From the NCBI GenBank assembly GCA_044226015.1, contig JBGAHS010000010.1, forward strand, positions 256,001 to 320,000: 64,000 nucleotides of DNA. The letters run 5' to 3'. The position numbers and the translations under genes were made by a program. Below are positions 56,747 through 64,000 of this stretch, in pieces; the stretch's first letter is position 1; the number at the start of each line of letters is the position of its first letter. This stretch comes from Candidatus Obscuribacteraceae bacterium. GTDB taxonomy: Bacteria > Cyanobacteriota > Vampirovibrionia > Obscuribacterales > Obscuribacteraceae. The notes under the pieces are model-generated. The model was not told the DNA's origin. It made no database searches and saw only the letters and a list, made by a program, of their open reading frames with translations.

Positions 56747-59410
56747 CTAGATCAGATCGACAGGATCTACATCAACGGTAATTCTTACCCCTGGCGGTGA
56801 GAGACGCTTTCGTAAGTAGCTGGCTATTGCCAGGTTTCCTTGGTCACCCATCATATTTTTGATGATAACGTGCTGCCGATACATGCCTTTTATTTTTTCG
56901 ATCAGGCAGGCCGCTGGACCAAGAATTTTTACTTCCTCGAATTCCTCAAGATAATTGCTCATCTCTTCTGCTATTTGCTCAAGCGCCGATTCTACCTGCT
57001 CTGAGTTGGTTCCACTTGCGAGTATGCGGATGAGCTGACTGTAAGGTGGGTATTCAAAGTCACGTCTACTTACCAGCTCTTGATCAATGAAAGTCTGATA
57101 GTCCTGTTCTTTTGCAAGTGCTAACGCCGGCAAATCTGTATTATGTGTTTGCAGAATTACTCGTCCGGGAAACTTGCCTCTGCCTGCCCTTCCAGAAACC
57201 TGCGTCAGAAGTTGAAATCCTCTTTCCAATGAGCGAAAGTCAGGTAAATTGAAAGCTGCGTCAGCTGCAAGAACACCCACAAGCGTAACTCTTGCGATAT
57301 CCAGTCCTTTTGCCACCATTTGCGTTCCAATTAAGATGTCGGCATCACCCCGAGAAAATTGGTCAAAAATCTCCTGATAGGCACCTTTCTTGCTGCTGAT
57401 ATCACTATCAAGCCTCAGAATTCTCGCTTTTGGAAAAAGGTGAAGGGTCTCTTGTTCAACCTTTTGAGTTCCCATTCCCGATTGCTTCAAGAATGGACTC
57501 TGGCAAGACGGGCAAACTTCGCTGGCTGATTGCTGGAAACCACAATGGTGGCAACTGAATCGTCCACCCTTAGTCAAGCTTGATTCATTGAACTTATTTT
57601 CATTGTGATAGACCAGTGAGACGCTGCAGTGTTTACAATTAATCACCTTGCCGCAGGCGCGGCAGAAGACATGACTGGCATATCCCCTTCTATTCATGAG
57701 TAGAATCGCTTGCTCACCTCGTTGCAGGCAGTCAGCAATTTCTTGCTGTAATCTGGTTGAGATGATCGACTTATTTCCAGTGATAAACTCGCGGCGCATA
57801 TCCACGATTATTGACTCTGGTAGGGCTTGATCGTGTACCCTCGTGGGCAGGCTTACTATTCGGTTCGCTTCTCTTGCTTCCAGATAAGTCACTGCATCTG
57901 GTGTCGCACTTCCGAGGAGAACCAGGCACTTGTCGCGCTTAGCTCTTTCAACTGCCAGATGCTTTGCGGAATATCTGGGGTTAGGCGTTGATTGCTTATA
58001 GCTGCCATCATGCTCTTCATCTAGAATGATTAGTCCCAGATCTGGAATGTTTGCGAGAATTGCAGATCTTGCTCCCAGAACTACTCGCAGTTCTCCCGAT
58101 TGGATGCGTCTGAATGTATCGTAGCGTTCTCCGGCAGATAGAGCGGAATGCCAGATCGCGACTTGATCTCCGAAGCGTCCCACCAGTCGTTGCGCTAGTT
58201 GAGGCGTGAGGCTTATTTCCGGCACCATAAGCAGTGCGCTTCGTCCTTTTTCCAGTGCGGCTTCAATAAGCCTGAGGTATATTTCGGTTTTTCCTGAACC
58301 TGTAACGCCATGTAGCAGCCAGGGGCGATAAGCCGCGTCGTCCTCAAACCCAGTGCCGTCATTTCCCTGCGCCAACTTCTCATCCAGTTCTTTATGTAAG
58401 ACACTTAGCACCCGTGACTGGTTTTCTGTAAGAGCGGGCTTTTCGTTTGGCTTGAATCCAATTCCTTTTAAGGGATCACGTACAGTATCTACTTGCGTCA
58501 TCGCAAGTACTCCATCGCTGACCATGCGTTTAATTGTCGCTGAGCTACTTTTGGTATCTTCAATCAATCGTTGCAACGCTACAGAGCCGTTGTTTCGCTT
58601 AACGTGCTCTAGAATTTCTTGATGTCTCTTAGAGCTGGGTTCTTGCCCGGTCCAGATAACATGATTTATTAGTCTAGGCGCGGCAGTTTCTTCCTGTTGC
58701 CCATAAATCTCTACTTCTCCTCGCTTTTTTAAGCGGGTCAGAGCCGCATAAAAATTTTGTGGCGTGAGCCCAGATCGGTCTTTAAGGGTTCGGATGGAAA
58801 TGCTTTTCCCTGCTTCCTTCAGCACGGTTTTCAGCCGCTCATCTGTGCTTGTTTGAGTTGGACTTTGATGGAAATGTTGAAGTAGTTCAATCCGATTTTG
58901 CTCTTCATTTTCAATCAGCCGAACCATGCGTTTTACACGCGCGCCAATTTCAGCAGGAATTGCTGCAAGCAGAACATCTGAAATGCTGCATAAATAGTAT
59001 TCTGAAATCCAATAGAGAAACTCTATGTATTTAGGATCAAACAGCGGGTTAGAGTCGAGGACTTCGCTTATTGCTTTGATCTTCTCGGGCAATTCGCTTG
59101 TTTGAACACCGCTGCGCCGACTCGCGCTGGCAAGAATTTGATTGCGGTCGCGAATGGAAACTACGAACGCGCTGACGAGTTCTTGTTTGCCGAAGGGCAC
59201 CAGAACCTGTGACCCGACAAAGATCTCGCTTCGAAGATGAGCGGGAATTTCGTAGGTGAACAATCTGTCGCTGATGTCTTTAATGTTCACATCAAGCGCC
59301 AGTTCTGCGAATAGCATCTCTTCTTCTTGCAGTGTCAAAGATTTCAGCCTTGCGCTTGTATTTGGTCTCTTAGAAAAAGTGTAGCGCCCCAGCAGCTCAG
59401 TTGGACTCAT
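56747..59410 (-). CDS. priA: Primosomal protein N' (replication restart helicase)
   Basis: HGVTGSGKTE, DEEH, SAT, two Cys-pair zinc clusters and QVSGRAGR. The start may be at MLFAEL. Confidence 0.96.
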   Translation of the reverse strand: MSPTELLGRYTFSKRPNTSARLKSLTLQEEEMLFAELALDVNIKDISDRLFTYEIPAHLRSEIFVGSQVLVPFGKQELVSAFVVSIRDRNQILASASRRSGVQTSELPEKIKAISEVLDSNPLFDPKYIEFLYWISEYYLCSISDVLLAAIPAEIGARVKRMVRLIENEEQNRIELLQHFHQSPTQTSTDERLKTVLKEAGKSISIRTLKDRSGLTPQNFYAALTRLKKRGEVEIYGQQEETAAPRLINHVIWTGQEPSSKRHQEILEHVKRNNGSVALQRLIEDTKSSSATIKRMVSDGVLAMTQVDTVRDPLKGIGFKPNEKPALTENQSRVLSVLHKELDEKLAQGNDGTGFEDDAAYRPWLLHGVTGSGKTEIYLRLIEAALEKGRSALLMVPEISLTPQLAQRLVGRFGDQVAIWHSALSAGERYDTFRRIQSGELRVVLGARSAILANIPDLGLIILDEEHDGSYKQSTPNPRYSAKHLAVERAKRDKCLVLLGSATPDAVTYLEAREANRIVSLPTRVHDQALPESIIVDMRREFITGNKSIISTRLQQEIADCLQRGEQAILLMNRRGYASHVFCRACGKVINCKHCSVSLVYHNENKFNESSLTKGGRFSCHHCGFQQSASEVCPSCQSPFLKQSGMGTQKVEQETLHLFPKARILRLDSDISSKKGAYQEIFDQFSRGDADILIGTQMVAKGLDIARVTLVGVLAADAAFNLPDFRSLERGFQLLTQVSGRAGRGKFPGRVILQTHNTDLPALALAKEQDYQTFIDQELVSRRDFEYPPYSQLIRILASGTNSEQVESALEQIAEEMSNYLEEFEEVKILGPAACLIEKIKGMYRQHVIIKNMMGDQGNLAIASYLRKRLSPPGVRITVDVDPVDLI

Positions 59411-59528
59411 GACAAGCGCCCTCCGTAAAAGGAATAAGGCATGTAAACAAGACTGCCTTTAATTCTTCATAACGAAAAAATCATGCCAAGGGTTCAATTG
59501 AGGGACATAAAAAGTTTTGGCAAACTAA

Positions 59529-59560
59529 AAGCCGATGCTCTTAATAAGGGGCATCGGCTT
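59529..59560. terminator. Hairpin terminator after the HNH gene
   Basis: AAGCCGATGCTCTT-AAT-AAGGGGCATCGGCTT. The A-tract on its left is a U-tract on the minus strand. Confidence 0.7.
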
Positions 59561-59583
59561 CTATTTCTTATTCTTGAGATGCA

Positions 59584-60123
59584 TCAGGCTCCAATCAAAT
59601 ACTTGTCCCAGGTGTTCTGACCAGAAGCAGAATGCTTTGAAATCTCGAACGACACGTGGCTGCTAGGTCTCTTTGGCACTGTCATAAGAGGCATGTTGGA
59701 CTCGCGTGGAGTCCTGTCCCCTTTCTTGACATTGCACTTAAGGCAAGCTGCGACAACGTTTTCCCAGTGATCGCCTCCCCCGCGTGAACGTGGGACGATA
59801 TGGTCTATCGTCAGGTCATGGCGCCTATCGCCGCAGTATTGACAGGTATAGTTGTCTCTGTGAAGAACATTACGACGTGACAAAGATATTTCTTTGTATG
59901 GAATCTTCACATACGAGCGCAGTCTGATGACTAGGGGAAGCGGCACGTCAGGAGTCAGCATTTTGCCGTTATGCTCCACCTGCTCTGCCTTTCCCTTGAG
60001 TACCAGAATTATGGCTCGGCGCCAGCTCGTAATATTGAGCGGCTCGTAAGATGCGTTAAGTACAAGAACTTTCAAGACGGATCCCTTACCCTTTTTTTCT
60101 TGTTTCTCTCTGTCCGCGGGCAT
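59584..60123 (-). CDS. HNH endonuclease (McrA-like)
   Basis: VLVLNASYEP, RDNYTCQYC, TIDHIVPRSRGG and CLKCN..K. Confidence 0.93.
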   Translation of the reverse strand: MPADREKQEKKGKGSVLKVLVLNASYEPLNITSWRRAIILVLKGKAEQVEHNGKMLTPDVPLPLVIRLRSYVKIPYKEISLSRRNVLHRDNYTCQYCGDRRHDLTIDHIVPRSRGGGDHWENVVAACLKCNVKKGDRTPRESNMPLMTVPKRPSSHVSFEISKHSASGQNTWDKYLIGA

Positions 60124-60480
60124 TTTGACGAGAATTTCAAATTACCCGTGTGTTCTTTTGGTTTTCTCTTGGAGACTTTAACCCCGTCGGAACGCGACTT
60201 CTTAACTAAATCTTTACGATTTACATTATAACGACGCATGTCGTATTTTGTCTAGGAATCACGTCTAGTGAGCCTTTTGTGTTAGAATGTCCCTCCTGTC
60301 CCCAAACAGATATGGGTTTGCTATGCCCATATAGCCTCATCCTGAGGGAGGCGCAGAGCGCCTCCAGCGAGAGAAGCAAGTGTTTGCAGCTTATCAAAAC
60401 CGCAAAAAGCTTGCTTGGCAGTGGGGGGAGCAGCACTCAAATAATCACGCAACTAATTAGCGGAGGATAAAAAGAAGACC

Positions 60481-61263
60481 TTGCCAGTAGCATCGATGAG
60501 ACAATTATTGGAAGCAGGAGTGCATTTCGGTCACCAGACACGTCGCTGGAACCCGAAGATGCGTCCTTATATCTATGGTGAACGCAATGGCATTTACATC
60601 ATAGACCTGGAGCAAACTTCCAGAAAGCTCGACCAGGCTTGCGAATTTTTGAGAAAAGCTGCATCCGAAAGAAAGAATATCGTTTTCGTCGGAACCAAGA
60701 AGCAAGCCTCTGAAATTGTTGAAGAAGAAGCTCGCCGCTGCGACGCTCACTTTGTGAACCGTCGTTGGTTGGGTGGAATGCTCACCAATTTCGAGACCAT
60801 CAGACTTCGCATCAACAGACTGAAAGAACTCGAAGAAATGCGCGACACCGGCGAATTCTATCGCCGCCCTAAGAAGGAAGTCGCAGTTCTGAACCGCGAA
60901 CTCACCAAGCTTGAAAAATCGCTCGGTGGTATTAAGACAATGCGCGGCAGACCGGATGTGCTTTTTGTGATCGACCAGAAGCGCGAACTCAACGCAGTTG
61001 CAGAAGCGCTCAAAATCGGCATCACAGTAGTAGGAATGATCGATACCAACTGCGACCCAGATGGCATCAACTATGTAATTCCTAGCAACGATGATTCCAT
61101 CCGTTCCATCAAGCTGATTTGCTCTAAGCTCGCTGATTCGATCATTGAAGGTCGTCAGGGCCAAGTTCAAAACCAGATCATCAAAAAAGAAGATCGTGAT
61201 GATTGGAAAAAAGACGAAGCTCCAGCTGAACAGCAAGCTCAGCCAGTTGAACAACAATCCTAA
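60481..61263 (+). CDS. rpsB: 30S ribosomal protein S2
   Basis: [25 protein letters not shown] and [11 protein letters not shown] start after GGAGG. Confidence 0.98.
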   Translation: MPVASMRQLLEAGVHFGHQTRRWNPKMRPYIYGERNGIYIIDLEQTSRKLDQACEFLRKAASERKNIVFVGTKKQASEIVEEEARRCDAHFVNRRWLGGMLTNFETIRLRINRLKELEEMRDTGEFYRRPKKEVAVLNRELTKLEKSLGGIKTMRGRPDVLFVIDQKRELNAVAEALKIGITVVGMIDTNCDPDGINYVIPSNDDSIRSIKLICSKLADSIIEGRQGQVQNQIIKKEDRDDWKKDEAPAEQQAQPVEQQS

Positions 61264-61271
61264 TTGAGAAG

Positions 61272-61305
61272 ACAAAGTACGCAATTCAAGAATTGCGTAC
61301 TTTGT
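61272..61305. terminator. Perfect 16-bp-arm inverted repeat between rpsB and tsf
   Basis: ACAAAGTACGCAATTC-AA-GAATTGCGTACTTTGT. Confidence 0.6.
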
Positions 61306-61365
61306 TGAGACAGGTCCCACGCGGGCGTAAGCTCGCCGTCTAATAACAGGAGTTAAAGGAGAAAC

Positions 61366-62253
61366 ATGGTTATGGCAGAGATTTCTGCTTCGCAAGTTAA
61401 AGAACTGCGCGAACAAACCGGCGCCGGCATGATGGAGTGCAAGAACGCGCTCAAAGATTCTAACGGTGACATGGGCAAAGCGATTGAATGGCTCCGTCAG
61501 AAGGGTCTTGCTGCGGCTGCTAAGAAATCTAGCCGTGCCGCCTCTGAAGGAATCGTTGTCGGTAAGACCAGCCCCTGCGCGAAGAGAGCTGTGCTTCTCG
61601 AAGTTAACTGCGAAACAGACTTCGTAGCTAAGAACGACAAGTTCCAGGCTTTCACACAAGAACTCGCTGGTATCGCTCTTGATACCAAGTCGCATGATGC
61701 AGACGCTCTCTTGGCTCAAACCCATGGTGACAAGAAAGTGGCTGATTACATTGCCTCACAGGTTGCCACAATCGGCGAAAATATCGTTCTCCGTCGGGTC
61801 ACCTACATGGAAATCGGCGGCGAAGGCATCATCGGTTTGTACGTTCATGCACTCGGTGGAAAGATGGGCGCGCTCGTAGCTCTCGAGTCTAACAAAGCTC
61901 TCGCTTGCGATGAAGTTGCTCCGGTTGCTCGTGACCTTGCAATGCACATCGTATCTGCAAAGCCACAATTCGTTCAGAGAACAGACATTCCTGAAGAGCA
62001 AATCGAAAACGAACGCAGAATTGAACTCGGTAAGGAAGACCTCGCTAAGAAGCCAGCTGAAATCCGTGAAAAGATTGTCACTGGACGCGTTGACAAAATC
62101 TTCGCTGAGCGTTGCTTGCTAGAGCAAGACTTCGTCAAAGATCCTAGCCAGAAAATCTCCCAGGTTCTCAGCATGAAAGATAAGGGTATCGAATTGAAGC
62201 CAAAACAATTCGCTCTCTTCATCCTCGGCGAAAACATGGAAGCTGCTGAATAG
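61366..62253 (+). CDS. tsf: Elongation factor Ts
   Basis: VKELREQTGAGMM and EVNCETDFV. Confidence 0.98.
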   Translation: MVMAEISASQVKELREQTGAGMMECKNALKDSNGDMGKAIEWLRQKGLAAAAKKSSRAASEGIVVGKTSPCAKRAVLLEVNCETDFVAKNDKFQAFTQELAGIALDTKSHDADALLAQTHGDKKVADYIASQVATIGENIVLRRVTYMEIGGEGIIGLYVHALGGKMGALVALESNKALACDEVAPVARDLAMHIVSAKPQFVQRTDIPEEQIENERRIELGKEDLAKKPAEIREKIVTGRVDKIFAERCLLEQDFVKDPSQKISQVLSMKDKGIELKPKQFALFILGENMEAAE

Positions 62254-62275
62254 TTCAGCTGAATTGAAAATTTTG

Positions 62276-62309
62276 AAGAGGGGAGAGCGATCTTCCCTCT
62301 TCTTTTTTT
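62276..62309 (+). terminator. Rho-independent terminator after tsf
   Basis: GAAGAGGGGAG...CTTCCCTCTTC followed by T7. Confidence 0.75.
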
Positions 62310-62759
62310 CTGCCGTCGAATCGTTTTTTTGTACCGAGTTGCTTTCTGTCGTTGGATCCGGTCTGCTTCGTCGCTTCCGTTTCGTCGTTGAATCCGTTTC
62401 GTGCCCAATACTACTGTCCTTCGATTGTAGACGCTCACCCGCAACGCTCTATGTCCAGATACAGTTGAATCTATATTCTGCTGCTCACAAATGTCACTAA
62501 TGGGCGTGTTCGGAAGAATAACAAAACTAGCCATCAAAAATTACCATGAGTTAACGTTGGCTCTGATGACCATAGGAAGCCCATCTTGGGGATATATAAG
62601 TGCTATCTTTGATGCAAAATGTGAAAAGGTTTATCAGCGCAACCTCTTGCTAGGCAAGCGTTTTAGTCGATAGAGTGCTTTGACGAGAGCAAGTAAATGT
62701 ATTGAACGCCTGAAGGCGCTATCATTCAGGTGTAGCCTTCCCGAGCCAATTACGGAATC

Positions 62760-63524
62760 ATGACAGTTAGCGAACCAATTAGTAATGCAAGCGCTGAGCC
62801 ACTCAGCCTCAACACACGTTATAAGCGCGTCCTTCTCAAAATCAGCGGTGAAGCCCTGATGGGGAAGGAGAAATTTGGAATCGACCCTGTCAGCATAGAA
62901 GGCATTGCTGATGACATTAAGCAGGCTCATCTGCGCAAAGTACAGGTCGCGGTGGTCGTAGGTGGTGGCAACATATTCCGAGGAGTACAGGGTGCTCAGT
63001 GGGGCATGGACAAAGCTGCAGCTGACTATGTCGGCATGATTGCGACCGTGATGAATGCGCTCATGTTGCAAGAAGTACTGAAGAACAAGGGTGTTGAAAC
63101 CCGGGTCCAAACAGCAATCAGCATGCCGCAAATTGCAGAGCCTTTTATTCGCCAGCGCGCATTGCGTCACTTGAACAAAGATCGTGTAGTCATTTTTGGC
63201 GGTGGCACCGGCAATCCTTACGTGACGACTGATACTGCTGCTGCGCTTAGAGCTGCTGAAATCAAAGCCGATGCACTTCTGATGGCCAAGAACAAAGTTG
63301 ATGGCATTTACGATGATGACCCGCGTACAAATCCTAGTGCGAAAAAGTTTGAGTCGCTGAAATTCGAAGAGCTCATCAAATTAGGTCTTAAGGTCATGGA
63401 CCCGGCCGGAGTTTCTCTCTGTCAGCAGAACAACATTCCAATTGTTGTTTTTGATTTTGCCAAAGCTGGCAGCATAGACAAAATAATTAGTGGAGACCAA
63501 GTAGGAACAATCGTTTGGGGGTAA
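62760..63524 (+). CDS. pyrH: UMP kinase
   Basis: [17 protein letters not shown] and GNPYVTTD. Confidence 0.98.
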   Translation: MTVSEPISNASAEPLSLNTRYKRVLLKISGEALMGKEKFGIDPVSIEGIADDIKQAHLRKVQVAVVVGGGNIFRGVQGAQWGMDKAAADYVGMIATVMNALMLQEVLKNKGVETRVQTAISMPQIAEPFIRQRALRHLNKDRVVIFGGGTGNPYVTTDTAAALRAAEIKADALLMAKNKVDGIYDDDPRTNPSAKKFESLKFEELIKLGLKVMDPAGVSLCQQNNIPIVVFDFAKAGSIDKIISGDQVGTIVWG

Positions 63525-63526
63525 TT

Positions 63527-64000
63527 ATGTCAACGAGTACAGAAGGTTATGCTTCAGCCGAAAAGCGCATGAAGAGCGCGCTTGAAACACTGAAAAAGGA
63601 ATACGCTACAGTACGAACTGGTCGTGCAAATCCAGCTTTGCTTGATCGTGTTGAAGTTGAATATTATGGTTCATCCACACCATTGAAGAGTCTGGCTAAT
63701 ATCACGGTGACTGATGCTCGCACTCTCGTTATTCAGCCGTTTGATAAGTCTGCCAACAAAGAAATAGAAAAGGCAATTGTCGCCAGCGGGTTGGGATTAA
63801 CTCCAATGGCTGATGGCGGTGTCATTCGTATCAGCATTCCTTCATTGACAGAAGAGCGCCGCAAGGACCTCACCAAAGTCGTTCGCAAATATGCCGAAGA
63901 AGGTCGTGTTGCAGTGCGAAACGTCAGAAGAGATGCTCTCGATGATTTGAAGAAACTAAAAGGAAAAGAAGTCTCTGAGGACGACTTCAAGAGACAAGAA
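63527..64000 (+). CDS. frr: Ribosome recycling factor (truncated by the window end)
   Basis: Translated by hand from ATG 63527: ...[12 protein letters not shown]...LTEERRKDL...VRNVRRD. Confidence 0.96.
   Translation, partial: MSTSTEGYASAEKRMKSALETLKKEYATVRTGRANPALLDRVEVEYYGSSTPLKSLANITVTDARTLVIQPFDKSANKEIEKAIVASGLGLTPMADGGVIRISIPSLTEERRKDLTKVVRKYAEEGRVAVRNVRRDALDDLKKLKGKEVSEDDFKRQE

Noticed and set aside
59584..60123. HNH gene as a mobile or defence element
   Set aside because: It matches the widespread chromosomal short HNH type, with no flanking repeats, methylase or integrase.
60300..60480. rpsB autoregulatory leader RNA
   Set aside because: Hairpins are present (e.g. GGAGGCGC-AGA-GCGCCTCC), but I could not match them to the known leader consensus by eye.
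60505..61725. 406-aa minus-strand ORF
   Set aside because: Antisense shadow of the highly codon-biased rpsB and tsf genes, with no recognisable motifs.

Overview
This is a gene-dense bacterial chromosomal segment. The organism is probably a non-photosynthetic relative of cyanobacteria (Melainabacteria/Vampirovibrionia, Obscuribacterales-like). That is an inference from the look of rpsB/recR/pyrH, several Ser/Thr kinase-TPR proteins and a waaA-lpxK-GT9 LPS operon. No rRNA, tRNA, CRISPR array, integrase or transposase was seen. Main contents: (i) a minus-strand his operon (hisG, hisH, hisF, a fused hisA-hisI-hisE, hisD) with no recognisable hisB, hisC or known histidinol-phosphatase. It instead carries an AspAT-type aminotransferase, an APH/choline-kinase-fold protein and a large HAD phosphatase, and its HisD has a Gln-to-Arg change at a metal/substrate ligand. 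This is the best candidate for an undescribed pathway variant. (ii) A LOV histidine kinase and OmpR regulator pair downstream. (iii) A divergent stand-alone RelA/SpoT synthetase-like gene next to a ~230-nt structured non-coding element. (iv) A TIGR04222-like membrane protein with a Cys/Gly tail coupled to a DUF692/MNIO oxidase, preceded by a start-less frame encoding Cys repeats. (v) A candidate 6S-like RNA, an NTT-family nucleotide transporter, an active/inactive acyltransferase pair and several intergenic tandem repeats. (vi) Housekeeping genes: rpoD-like sigma, pgm, pip, ebfC-recR, priA, rpsB-tsf-pyrH-frr. All calls come from reading motifs by eye; no database searches were run.
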